From Cirrosporium novae-zelandiae (Eukaryota): a stretch of DNA of 64,000 nucleotides. Both the position numbers and the translations under genes were made by a program. The notes under the pieces were generated by a model. It was not told the DNA's origin, made no database searches, and saw only the letters and a list, made by a program, of their open reading frames with translations. Below, piece after piece: positions 15,450 through 27,736 of the stretch (position 1 is the first letter of the stretch; the number at the start of each line of letters is the position of its first letter). Location of the stretch: assembly GCA_026023565.1 (NCBI GenBank), contig JAPETS010000002.1, positions 868,001 to 932,000 on the forward strand, in the 5' to 3' direction.

Positions 15450-15469
15450 ATTAACTGACATTTAATTGG
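15450..15469 (-). promoter_or_regulatory. Bipartite CBC/HapX site (CCAAT-N12-RWT) upstream of cytochrome c
   Basis: Minus strand reads CCAAT TAAATGTCAGTT AAT CAGC, about 275 bp upstream of the CYC1 ATG. Confidence 0.65.
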
Positions 15470-15750
15470 TTATAATCTATTCAATATCCCACATCATCCC
15501 CCATCATCCCCCCAATAATTCGAACCCTTTAAACCCCTTGTGGCTTTTCTGCCAACCTTTGGTCCCCTTGGCCACCTTTCAGCCGCCCCCGGAAGTCTGG
15601 AAAGATCGAAAAAAAGAAAAGAAAAAAAAAACAGGGAGAAAAAATCATAATTAATATCGACACCTAAGGTGTTCATCAACTTGTCATTCTCCTGATTGTG
15701 CCACTGAACATTGAGATATTATTAACAACACAATCCTCTCCTTTCAAAAA

Positions 15751-16902
15751 ATGCCAACTTGGATCATCGTTGGTGCCAGTCGAGGCATCGGTCTTGAATT
15801 TGTCAGACAGCTCCTTGCCCGGGGAGATCGTGTTATTGCCACCCTTCGGAATAAAGCCCGAGCTACCCAGCTGGTATCGTTGGCCGATAATGCCCCTAAA
15901 GGAGCTTGTCATCTACTCCAATGCGATCTGACATCTGAGACTAGCATCACCGTGGGTTGCTTGTTCATGAATCGGCTGGATATGTCCGTCTAATTATATA
16001 TTCCTACCACTAGAACTTTGTTAAAGAGATACCTGCTCTTGTCCAGGGCACGATTGATTATGTTGTTCTCAATGCTGGCGTTTTGAAGTATCCTAATGTG
16101 AGCGTTGAAGTATCAATTCACCTCAGTAGCCATCTGCTAACCCGACCAGAGAGCTACTGAGATGTATCTCCCAAAAAACCCCTTGTGTTTTTCTTCTTCT
16201 CTCTAATCAAAACCAGTTCATATGGCGATTTCGTGTATCATTTGAAAACAAATACCATTGGTCCAATAATCACAGCACAGAAGCTTCTCCAGACACAAAT
16301 CCCTATTGGAACCATTGTCTTTATGTCTAGTGACTCTGGGTCCGCTCAAAGAATTCGATTATTCGAAGATGGGTGCGTTAAAAACTTATGCAACAGCTGC
16401 TACTACTACCGCAAGGAGCATCTCTGACTGATGTAGATTTGCCGCATATGCCGCATCAAAATGTGCTTTGAACCAAATGCTCAGGGTATCACCATCCAGC
16501 AATCTTCTGTTCTTGCCTTCCCTGGCTATCATACTAACAGTAACAACTCCTAGAACATGGATTCCGAATTGAAGAAAAAAGAAGTCAGAACCACAATTTT
16601 AGCAATGCATCCAGGGGAAGTTGAAACGTAAGAAGTCGCCTCCCCCCATCCCCAAATCCCATCCTTCTAGATCGATATTCAACCCAAACAGGGATATGGG
16701 CGCCGAGGCAGATATAAACTGGGAAGTTGAAGGCGTCATGCAGCCCGAGGAGTCGGTATTGGCTATGCTTAAAGTAATCCCCTCCAAGACGATTGAACAG
16801 AGTGGAACCTTTTGGACCTGGGAAGACAAGGTAACCAGCTATACCTCCCCTTTTACTTATAAATAACCCGTTCCTGATATAACCAAGGAATACCCATGGT
16901 AA
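15751..16902 (+). CDS. Short-chain dehydrogenase/reductase (CsgA/C-factor-like), 8 exons
   Basis: IVGASRGIGLEFVRQL Rossmann motif, VLNAGV, catalytic YAASK, MHPGEVETDM, terminal EYPW*; seven GT-AG introns. Confidence 0.92.
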
Positions 16903-17177
16903 ATCTTCTTACCCCCCCCCCAAAATAAAAGGAATTTTCGAGCATTAGTATAATCTACGGCGGGCTCCTGGATTGACCCTAGAGTGAGTCTTAAAATTCA
17001 TGACGGCTTCTATATTTTTCATCTAAAAGACCTAATTACCACTTCTCCGTAGCAATATTCCATTCGTAGAATGGGTATACGCTTTTAAAGCCAACTCTGT
17101 ACAGACAATTTGTACAATCATGTCAATGACAAAAGACAGGATTTTTTTTTCTGACCATGATCATAAGAGAAAAGGAC

Positions 17178-18318
17178 CTACCAAATCCCCAACCACTTTT
17201 TCAGTGGTCTCTGCTTCCCTTCAAAGTCATTATAAGTCCTCTCATCCTCCTCCTCCAAAGCAGTCATCTGTGCCTTCGGAGACGCCATATCAACTTCATC
17301 CGCCTCCTTCTGCTTCAGTTTCTCCTTCTCCTTATACTTCTCCTCCGCCATTTCCCTCGCTCTCCTGATTCGCCTCTCCTGCTCCTGCTCCTGCCTCTCC
17401 TTTTCCTCCTGCTCCTGCCTCTCCTTCTCTTCCTGCAATTTCTTCGCTCTCCTCCTCTGCTCTAAAATCGCCGGCCTATCCTTTACCTTTATCGTTTGCA
17501 CACCTACCCTCTCATCTTCAGTCTTCGCCGTCCATCCAAACATTCCATCCTTTTCATTTAGCCCATGCACGTCCCTGTATTCTGCGACCTTCTGCACATC
17601 CTCCACACCCCGCCTGCGCAAGCCCTGTGCCCATGTGGTTCTGTAATCTGTTTGCAAGATTACCATATCCATAAGCTGATTGAGGGAGGACCAAGGGTGG
17701 AAGATTATGTCCTTTTTAGACGGCAGTAGGTGCTTGAAGGGACTGCCGTGTACATAGCCTACCCATGAAGCGTAAAGCCCGAGAGTCGTGAGTACGGACT
17801 ATATATAACACATAAATGTAGTAGTTAGCCATAACCTTAGAACCACCGCCACCACCATAAAAAACAACCATCCAATTGAAGACGAAAAAGAAAAAGAAAA
17901 AGAAAAAGGTAGACACCAATAAACAAACCCTCATATTGTAAAGCAAACAAAAGTAAAAAAAACCTACAAAAGTAAACCAAACATGCAACGCCTTACTAGT
18001 CAAAAGTAAAAATATCCAAGTCCCCTTCTTCGGCATCGTATGGGGATACCGTCTTGCCTCCTGCGCCTCTTTCTCCGCTTCTGAAACCGGTGGTCCTGGG
18101 TAGTTTTGCGGCGTGTGGTTCTTCACCAGACGTGCAGGATGCGAGGGTGGTCGAAATTTAGAGGGCTTTTCCAGCACGAGAGGTTTGGTTGAGGTGTGTC
18201 GCCGGCTTGTGAGGGGATTAGGTGTAGTGGGGTGGGCATTTGGCCGGAAGATGGTACGGCCGCCGCCACTGCCACGTGATGAAAAGAGGAAGCGGGGAAT
18301 TGGACGAGTGGGATTCAT
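17178..18318 (-). CDS. Hypothetical membrane protein, probably mitochondrial; 2 exons
   Basis: Arg-rich, acid-poor N-terminus, LEKPSKFRPPSH motif, hydrophobic segment; intron 17799-17967 joins to the 164-aa ORF (RRGVEDVQKVAEYRDVHGL). Confidence 0.75.
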
Positions 18319-18736
18319 TATTCATAAGGAGATGGGTGGGAGAGGGGAGATGGTCGGTGTGGTTTTTATTTCTTAGATATAGAAGGTGATGAGTGTAATC
18401 GGATGAGCTGGAGAGACTTGTGCGTGGCCGTAGTGGAGGGAGCTTCTAGTTTTACGGGTAATGGAATGGACCTGTGAGGCAGTTCATTTGGGGAAACCCT
18501 AGCTGCGGCTTGGAGAATAGTGTGTAGAGTCAGTATCTGAGGATGACCTGGTGTGTAAATTTAATAGCAGCAACGGTTAAAAATGCTATGGGTTTCGTAA
18601 GCAGGACTGTACTGTACATGTACATGGTTTACAACCAGAACTTTTATATAATCGCTCTAGTCCCATGCGCCGTCATCTGTGAATGTATCCTATGCCTCAC
18701 CGTCCAGGGTATCAATCCATGATCATAAAAGTTATT

Positions 18737-20001
18737 TTAGATTCTCACTCCTTCCAAGCCCTCCAGTCCCTCAAGTACCTCCTCCGCTACACCTCCCTTC
18801 TCCACCACCAGACCTACCATCTTCTTCAGAACCTCTCTGTTCATGCCTCCCCTTGGTGGCCTCCACACACCCTTTTCCGTTGCCATCATTTCCCTCATTA
18901 AAACTCCTTCCTCCTCACTCTTGGGTGCCACACCCCCTGTTGCTGTATTCATGCTGTTGGGTATTCCGGGATTCGTCAACCGGCCTGGGAGATCTACGGT
19001 GCGTAAAGCGAGGATGGAAAATTCCCTTGATGTTTTTCCTTGTATAGTGGAGGTGGAAGTAGTAGGTGTAGACAGAACGGATACGGAGACAGCTAGGACG
19101 GCATCTGCGACTGCAAGTTCTTCGCGAGTAGGATCGAAAATGATGTTGTCGCCCACAGACATAACTAGTAGTGTAATGGGTGGGTTTACTGTCCAACCAT
19201 GTACCATTTTTTTCCCATCCGTAACATCTTGCATTTCCTCATCGTTGTCACCGTTCCTCCATTGCTGTGGCCTCGAAGTGGGTGGATAAAGGTCCTCCGC
19301 GGCCTCCCAGTCGTCATCGAATAGGGGATCTTCATCACCCTCAGACTTAAGGCGCGGTACGCGAGTTGTACGGAGAGCAAGGTAGGTTGTCAGGGAGAGA
19401 AGTGGGAGCGGGTATGAAAGAGCGGGGGATAGAAGAAGGATCTATTCTAGTATGAGTAAAAATCGGTTGGCATCCAGCTATCATCAACACTCACATCGAT
19501 ATATATCCTCCAATTCCACCTTGAATTGATTATCAATCTATTGACCAAGCCTCCGTCTGCCAGAACCGCCTCTCGCAGCATCTGCGCCAGGAAAACAGGT
19601 ACCGAATCATCGTCACGGAATCCAGGTATCTCAATTGAAACTTCCACCCATCTATCCCTCCCCTTTCCAGATTTATTTTCGCCAGACCCATTACCAGCAT
19701 CTTCTTCATCGCCTTCCCCGCCCCCAGAACCGGCTCCCGAGTATACACCTACAGCCGAAGTCACCCCAAAAGACTTTTCCACTTCGAGCTTGATACCGAC
19801 TACGGCTTCTGTCCCATCGGCGAAGCATACGCGGGTACTTCCATTCGTACTAGGTAAGACATCTGTCTCAGCAATAAGAGGGCGAAATTGAGTCGAAGAG
19901 CGTCCATCAGGACGAACAGGTGGGTGTAACGAGAGTGAGGAATGCAGATAGGAAAGTTCGGCGGGGGAGAGAAGAGTCTGGGTAGCTGAGATTGGAGCCA
20001 T
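18737..20001 (-). CDS. RRP42: Exosome complex RNase PH-like subunit Rrp42
   Basis: RPDGRS..FRPL.AETDVLPSTNGSTRV..DGTEAVVGIKLEV, WRIYID/ILLLS (intron 19442-19494), IIFDPTREELAVAD. Confidence 0.9.
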
Positions 20002-21130
20002 TGGAGGTGCCCCTCTAGGTAGATTCTGCTTCCTTGTAAATTAGCGATCAGGAGAATGCAAGAACGCGACGACTGCAGCTGATGGAAATTGAACGACGTC
20101 TATCGCCTTGGCATTGTCATATCAATCGCGTTTACTTGGAAAGATCAAAGGTCTGGTATGAAACAAGGTGCATCTTGAGCTGTTGACACTGCATCACTGA
20201 TGTCAAACTTTCTCAGATCGGATAAGGGCCTCTGCCCTAGATGCCTAGCTTTAGATTAGAAATAAAAAAGAGCCATCTACTTGTGCTAGGTAATTTAATA
20301 TTATCCAATTCTAACCAGGTACTCTCACATGCAACCAAGGCCCATTGGATCTACAAAATATTTTTTTACTCAGAGGTAACATCAATTTGCCCTTATGTGT
20401 CACAAATCCTCACCATCCACAAGCCTAATTTTTGATACGACGCGATTCAGAGACCTAACAAGCTAATTTAAATACCTAAGACAAACGAAACGGATGGTGT
20501 CCATGACTTAGATTGAATTCAAATGTTTAATGAAATTGCTTAGTGTGGCATCTTAGGCCTGACCATTTCCCACCCCCATCGCCCATCCTATATACAGAGT
20601 AAATACCGATGCAATGATAATCCTGAGAAGAACCTTCCGTGGTGCTCCGACTAGAAAGAGTGTATGCCACCAAAAGATGAAAACATAGGAAATTTTGCTG
20701 CTGTAGCTGTGGGGCCTGTCTTGTGTATCAAATCCCTTTAACACTAGATCAGGTAAAATAGTTCGGCAGATACGCCAAAAGAATAAATCAGAACATGGCC
20801 AGAAAATCTATCATGGCCTTTGGGGTATGAAACAGGTAAAAGCAACCAGGGTATCGAAGGCCATCGAAGTAAAGAAGAAGGTATTAAAGGTAGTGTTAGA
20901 TGAAAGCCACGAGACGCCAGGGTCAAACGCCAGACCCATAGAACTGCCAATTTGTCTTTCCCATGCCTCAAGCCGTACCAGACGAGCACTTTTCAGAAGC
21001 ATCGAATCTATCATCCCTCGTGTGCAATCCATATATTAAAGCACTTTTCGCCCACCTTCATCCCAGTAGATCTCTATTTGTACAAAATCTGGCTTTTAAA
21101 AAAATATAGTGCATGAAAGAGAAATAGATT

Positions 21131-23633
21131 TTATCTGTACCCGGATCCGGCAGCTAATATGCTCGCCTGAGCCGACGATGCCCACTCATTCTCCTCAGAT
21201 GGAGGAGTGGGCCAGTGTGGTTGACAATCTCCTGGATTTGAAACATCCTTTTTTATGTTCATCGGAGTCGCTGGGTCGGCTTGAACTTGACCAAAGAAAC
21301 CACTATTACGCTTGGCTGATGGAGAAGGTGTCGGGTAAGGGTTTGTAATGCCGATGGTGCTGGTGGATCGTTGAACGATAGCCTTTGGCTGGTCCTCAAG
21401 GCGTTTAGCAGCTTTGTGGGCGGAATTTAGGGCTTCGCTCAAAAGCTCGTCTTCTTCATCAGGAGTCTCATATTGATTGACCGGATGTACCGACATTTGC
21501 AGAGCTCGTCGGGTGCGACTAGAAATAGGGCCACCATTGTGCATGTTTCCAATGTTTTCGGCAGATTGTCGCTGGCCCAAAGAATGGTTTCTCTTTAAGG
21601 CAGACTTGATCACTGGAACAGAAGGAGAATGACGTGGAATAGGATGCATTTGCCCTGAAGGTGATGGAGTTTCGAGGCCATACTTAGCATTATGAGAAGC
21701 TCGGTCGACTTCGGAAAAATCGGCGTTCGAGGCATTTAATGGAAAGGGATCTAGAGCCATTGATGACCGATTGCTAGCCCAAGGAGCACATCCAACATTG
21801 GCTTCCATATCATCCATATTGGGAGAAAGTGGGGTTTGATGCCTGCCCGAAAATCTACGGGCCCGCTTTCGGAGGTGGGAGAAAAAGCTTTCTCTGTGGC
21901 CACTCGCTGGAGAAGCAATATGGCCAGTTTGTCCATTCAAAGCACGCTCGGCTTCCAGCCTATGTGCTTCAATTTGTTGATTAGTTGAATTTGTCGATAA
22001 TTGTCGACCTATTTTTTTCGACCTATGTCCAGATGTCTCGCCATCTGCAAGTCTAGTATTTGCTTGAGCAGTAACTGTATCGGACAAGGGTGAAATTGGC
22101 CGGATAGAAGGAAGAATGGGCATTGGAGCTGCACCCGATTGCGTTGTTCCGTTGGTCCAAGTAGCTCTCTTACTGGTATTCTTTGCTCTCGGCATGGTAG
22201 CTCCAGTTACAGTGTTAGAATGTACAGGTATTTGGGGTCGGCTCGAAGTTGTTGAACCGGTCGAATTCGCATGTTGTGGAACGGCCGGGGCACTACTGTC
22301 CCTGCCGATTAATGACTTTCTGAACCAGGATGACTTCGATGATAGAGCGGGCGAGTGGTCGCTTGAATCTCTCGAGCCACCTTTTCGACTAAGATCGGAT
22401 TGTTTTCGTCCAAGCAGACGCGAAGCAGATGATTTTGGACGCAATGGATCGACTGCATCGGCGAAATATTCATGGTTGAGGGCTTGCTGCGAGGTTGGTC
22501 TGGTCTTAGGATCCCACATCAAACACCATGTCACAAATTCACTCAGGGCGGCGGGCCACTGTGGAGCCTGCAGAATCGTATCAATTGAATGCGGTGCCAT
22601 CTTTGTCTACAGTTAGCTATGAAACTTAAAACATCCGATCTGAAGCTTGCCTTTGGGAACGAGAATCCTAGTTTCGATGCAAGTCTGATACCCTCACGCC
22701 AATCTCCTCCCCCAACTCTTACACCTGCTTTGTTATACCAGTTTCCAGGGCTTCCCATAATCTCGCATACTCGCCATACTTGATCTACCTCGTTACTGCC
22801 TGGGAACAATGGCTTTAATGTTGCAATCTCCACTGCCATGGCTCCAATAGCCCAGATGTCTACCGGGGCAGAATATTCCCCAGCCCGCAACAGCACCTCT
22901 GGCGCTCGATACCATCGTGTGGATACGTATGTAGTATATGGAAGTTTTGACTGAGTTTCTCTGGCTAGGCCAAAATCTGCAATTTTCACCGTATAAACAG
23001 GCGGAGTGGAAGGCGGAGTAACGAGTGAAGAATATCGGCTGAAAGTCGATGCATTATCATGAGGTGCAGACGTTGATACTAAAATATTTTCCGGTTTGAT
23101 ATCGCGATGAAAGAACTGGTGAGCATGAATATGGTCGAGGCCTGAGAGTATCTGGAATAAAATGCTTTTTACTGTCCTGCCATCCAGGCATTTATGATCT
23201 CGGGCCTTCATCAGTTGATAGAGGTTTCCATCCATATACTCCATAGCAATGTGTAGTTTCTTGCTGTAGGGATCTAGAAAGATGTCCAAAGCAGGTACGA
23301 TGTGGGCATGCAACGGTAGGTTTCTGAGGAAGATAACCTCCCTTAACTCGAGACACGGGGCGAATGATTCAAAAGTCTTTTTCATCGTCTTGATAGCAAT
23401 CTAATTGACACGTCAAAATCCAATCCAGGTATTTATACCCTCGGTGATCTTACCAGAGAGCCTCTTCTAGCAACATGTGCTCCACCACTTCGTACCCTTG
23501 CCAGTACGACACTTCCAAAACTTCCATCCCCTACTTCTTTGATGACTTCAAATCTGTCTTCTAATGGGTGCGTGTGTGAGTTTGGCCCGTTTTGAGAACC
23601 ACTCCTATGAGAGAAATCATATAGAACAGTCAT
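21131..23633 (-). CDS. IME2: Ime2/MAK-family Ser/Thr protein kinase, 3 exons
   Basis: GDGSFGSV, FFHRDIKPENILV, DFGLARE, activation loop PYTTYVSTRWYRAPE (TxY); introns 23401-23453 (GT-AG) and 22601-22650 (GC-AG); long Ser-rich C-terminal tail. Confidence 0.95.
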
Positions 23634-25008
23634 GGTGGAAATAATTAGAATCCCCAGGCCAAAATCTGAATGACGGTATTCAACGTAGGAGCTTGGTTAT
23701 GACTCAAGGCTAGGGAAGTAAAGTATTATGTCCCTAGAATTCCTTTGAAGCTGCAACCATCTCATGCAAGTAAGGTTTCTTGGTATTAGTGTATTGTGCA
23801 GAGGATATGAACTGTCAATATGCTGCAAGGAGGACCTGTCCTTCTCTTGGATTTCGTGGTCGATACAACGATAGGGTTTGCTGTATATGTCGAGGATTGT
23901 GTTTGTGTGTATGATTAATGAAGAAGGATAAGATAATGGATGAGGTATTCAATCAGCAATGAACGAGAGACATTCGTGTTTGTACGATGAGGGGAACCAA
24001 AAGAAAGGGTCGGTGAGTTTGTTGAACTTGTGTGGAAGATGGATAGGGAGTAGTGTGGGTCAAGCTTGGGCGCTGTCAGGAGGTTTAGATCTCTCCAAGG
24101 TCCGGAGTTTAACTAGGGACTAAATCTGAGGACGCCAATCTGTTTTTTTTTTTTATTTTTTTTTTTTCAGATAACCCTCCGCGCTCCTCACAGGCGCACA
24201 GCAATGGCGCTGTCAAAGATGTGCACGCGCTTTTTGACTTTTGTTGTTTGCGGTGCTTCTGATGATGATGCTTTCTTCTCAAGAGATTTCTTCTAGCAAC
24301 TACCCTGGGTTGTCTTGGGAGGTTGATTCTCGAAATTTGATATGGCCGTGGTTGAAGGGGTGTATCAGTCCACAAACTGCAGTAACAGAATAATAACGAA
24401 TGGAAAGAGCAAGGCTTTGGAGGACTAGAAGAGAAGCTGCCAACACATGCACAATACGGAGTCTTGTGTGTAGTCAGCCTGGACGCGAATTAGTGCACTT
24501 GGGATTTAGAGACGACAGGGGGAGGCGGTGGAACAGTCGAATTGGGAAGAGTTCAAGTTGTGGTCAATGACCTAGAAGGAATGAAGAAGTTCATTTCGGC
24601 AAAAGCCTTCTCAACGAAGGAAAAGAGCTAGATTATTATTTTGTGGGTGCTAGGCTTGGTATAGCTTCTATTTGATTTATTTGATTTGAGAAAATAGTGT
24701 CCAAAGAGAGGAGAGCCATAGCAAGCCTAGAAAAGATGGGCTCAAGATGGCGGAGCCGGCGGCCGAGGAAGGTTGGGCTTTTTTTTGGGGGGGAGGGGGA
24801 GAGGGGGGGGATGGGTGGGCGGTACTCTACTCTACTCTACTCTACAGTCTACCACAACAACAGTACCAAGTGTACAACTATGTAAAGTAGAGAATGGATA
24901 GAGAATGAGAGAAGTTACTTGAATTATCCAGGGCAGGGTTTAGGGAATTTTCTCATTCATGGGTTTCATGGGCTGGCACTTTTAGTTTTACTGTACTCGA
25001 GTAGTTAA

Positions 25009-25088
25009 GTTCCAAGGTTCTAAGGTTCCCAGGTCCCTAGTTAGTTAATCCTCTTAATCCTCTTAATCCTCTTAATCCTCTTAATCCT
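25009..25088. repeat. Adjacent 8-mer (GTTCYAAG-like x4) and 9-mer (TTAATCCTC x5) minisatellites
   Basis: Read directly at 25009-25040 and 25045-25088. Confidence 0.85.
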
Positions 25089-27736
25089 AGTACGTTCCTA
25101 GTATTTTAGCAAGGTTCACCTGATTCGTGAAATTCGAGAAGAATCCTGCCCGAAACCCACTCCCTTAACTACTCGAGTACAAGTTACAAAGTACCAGTTC
25201 AACTAGTCAACTAACTCGAATCGACTGCCTGCCACTTCTCAAACCCCTCCCAGCAAACTCCAAAGGTCCTGATTCTTCCACGTCGTGCCACATTTCAGCG
25301 GAAGGAAAAGAAAATGTCACTATTACTTACTGTCACGGTCACGGTCACTCGGTCACTCGCTGTCGCTAAATTCTTGTACAGTAACCATCTACCATAAACA
25401 GTAGGACAAATACCGAGTTAAATTACTATTTGAGAATCCGAGAAGATTTCAAAACCCCAAGGTCGCATTACTATTCCACCTGTCAAATCTGCCTTTGTGT
25501 GCCTCTGTGCCTTTTCTTCCTTCATGCCGAGCTCCCTGCTTATGCACATGAATTTCAGGAAATTTATCTTTCATCTCAAGTCTCACTTGTAACTTATAGG
25601 CCAGTCTTCTGAATCGCTACTCGAACCAACAAAATACATTTGATTTTACAAGAGTAATTTCAGGACCAAGACGGTCAGTCCTGTGTGCTGTGTAATTAGG
25701 GCATTTCATCTGTCCTGGTTTGTGTTTTACTATGTTTAGATGACCCCCCCTCCCCATCCTCCATCCTTGCTCTCCCATCTCAGCAATTGATTAATATGCA
25801 CAAATAAAAAAACGACAGGGCTTATCACAGCTGGAATGATCCATAAGTAGCCCTTGGATGTTGCCCGTGATAACTTTTCTTTTTTTTTCTTATCCTCCCC
25901 ATGTCTCAAAATCGGCTACTAGGAAATATTTGGTAGGTATTTATTGAGTGGATATTTGGCTCAATAACAAAAAGGGAGTTTAAATGCTTAATAACCGCCT
26001 TCAATTTCATTGTGCGTATCAACTCATCCATCACAATGTGCTCTCCATCACAAATTTGACACAGGTAAACTACCTAGGTAATTAGTTTACCCCCCTTGTC
26101 CCTTTTGCTTTTCGCTTGCTTGCTTTTTTTTTTTGTTTTTTTTCCTTCGCAGCCGTTAGAAAAATTGGAGCCGGAAGAGGAACCGCGAGCTCCCCAGCCG
26201 GTTGTGGTGGTGGTGGTGAGTGGTGGGTGCTCAATGTGCTTTTTCCAATCTTACTTGGGCGGATCAAAACAGGGAAGTAGGCTCGAGAACTTCCAACAGG
26301 CTTCAGTCGGCTCCAACCGGTTCCCAACTGACTCTAGCAGCAACGTGATTTGTTCCTGAGCTATCCTTAGTGTGTCTAAGTTACTTTTTGCCAAGGTGAG
26401 TTTCAATTGGTGGGGATGATAAGTACCACTCTTTGAGTGTCGGGGCAACCAGTTAGGTTCCCGTTGAAACTTCCATCATAGCGGGGAAGATGGTAGGACC
26501 CGCAGGAGTGGATGACCCGAACAGAGAAACAGGATGGAAGAATTCATGACGATCAACCAGTTTGACAATTGATTGACAAGAGTTGAACTGGTCCATTCCT
26601 TCAAATCTCAAATCTTCCATCAGAGTTGGTTGATTATCCACATTTTATCCACCTTAATATGTATTCTTATCACCATCCATTCCAATCCACGTCACACAAC
26701 CTGGTCCTTGACTTATTCTTTTTGTAAGCTCATGTTTTCCATGAACTACCTTGAAGAAACGCAATCAGAGTTCAGTCTTTCCACTACTCATAGTTAGCAC
26801 TTTTAAAATAAAAGAAAGCGGGATCCTATTTGGTCGCTAATGTTTCCTTCCGTAAATGTATATTCTAATGTTTTTTCCAACTTCAAATAACATTCTATTT
26901 GCTAAATTTACAAACATTTTGATACCCAGAAAAGTGAGATTTATAGATATCCTCTATACTTACTGTTATCCTCAACTAAGCAAAGATATGAATACAGTGG
27001 CAAGGCCATATGCTTAAAGAGACAAGGTGGAAAGCTGCAGGTTCCCAAACGGGTTGCTAGACAGCACTTCATGTTGGTCTTATTAAACTATATTGGTGAA
27101 GACAGGAAGCTCTGCCTCTCTACTAATCATTGGATATAGATATAAAGCAGAAATAGAACTACAGAATTTCATATGCTGCAAACCATCTATCTCATTAATG
27201 GGTAGGCTTTAAGCTGCATATCAGTCTTCCAGGAGACTCAGCATATTGTCCTGGCACACCCCAATCTATGCAACCAGCCTTAATTAAGAAATAACATCAA
27301 CAGCTTGCGGGCATAGAGATTTGAGATGTATCCATTCCTCTTCAGTAGATAGAGGTGACTGTACGTAACTGTACGTATGTCTTGATGCGTTAAAAGATAA
27401 TTTCTTCCTCGCCATCTTCTCTTCCGTATTGTTATATCAGGGAATGTTTAATTCAATTTATCTACCCTAGGCCTCACCAGCTATCAAGCCATTTATTTCC
27501 ATTTGCTCTTTTATTCAACTCAGCTTTCCAATACTCAACACCTTATCTCTCTCATATCTCTTCTCCCTTCTCTCTTTCTATTTTCCTATTTCCTTCCTAG
27601 GTTCCCACTTCCCTTGACCCATTCAATAACCTTACTTCAGAAAGTCTAATTCCCAAGGTGAGCTCAACTTGACCTGGTTAACTAGATATATACGGCTACC
27701 TGAAGTCAAGTCTGCTTACCCTAATGCCTTAAACAG

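Noticed and set aside
16960..17110. Possible H/ACA snoRNA (hairpins plus ACA)
   Set aside because: Lies in the 275-bp gap between convergent 3' ends; no convincing H box or guide pockets
26082..26800. Cluster of short ORFs on both strands
   Set aside because: No coherent splicing or recognisable domain; may be a decayed gene but unsupported
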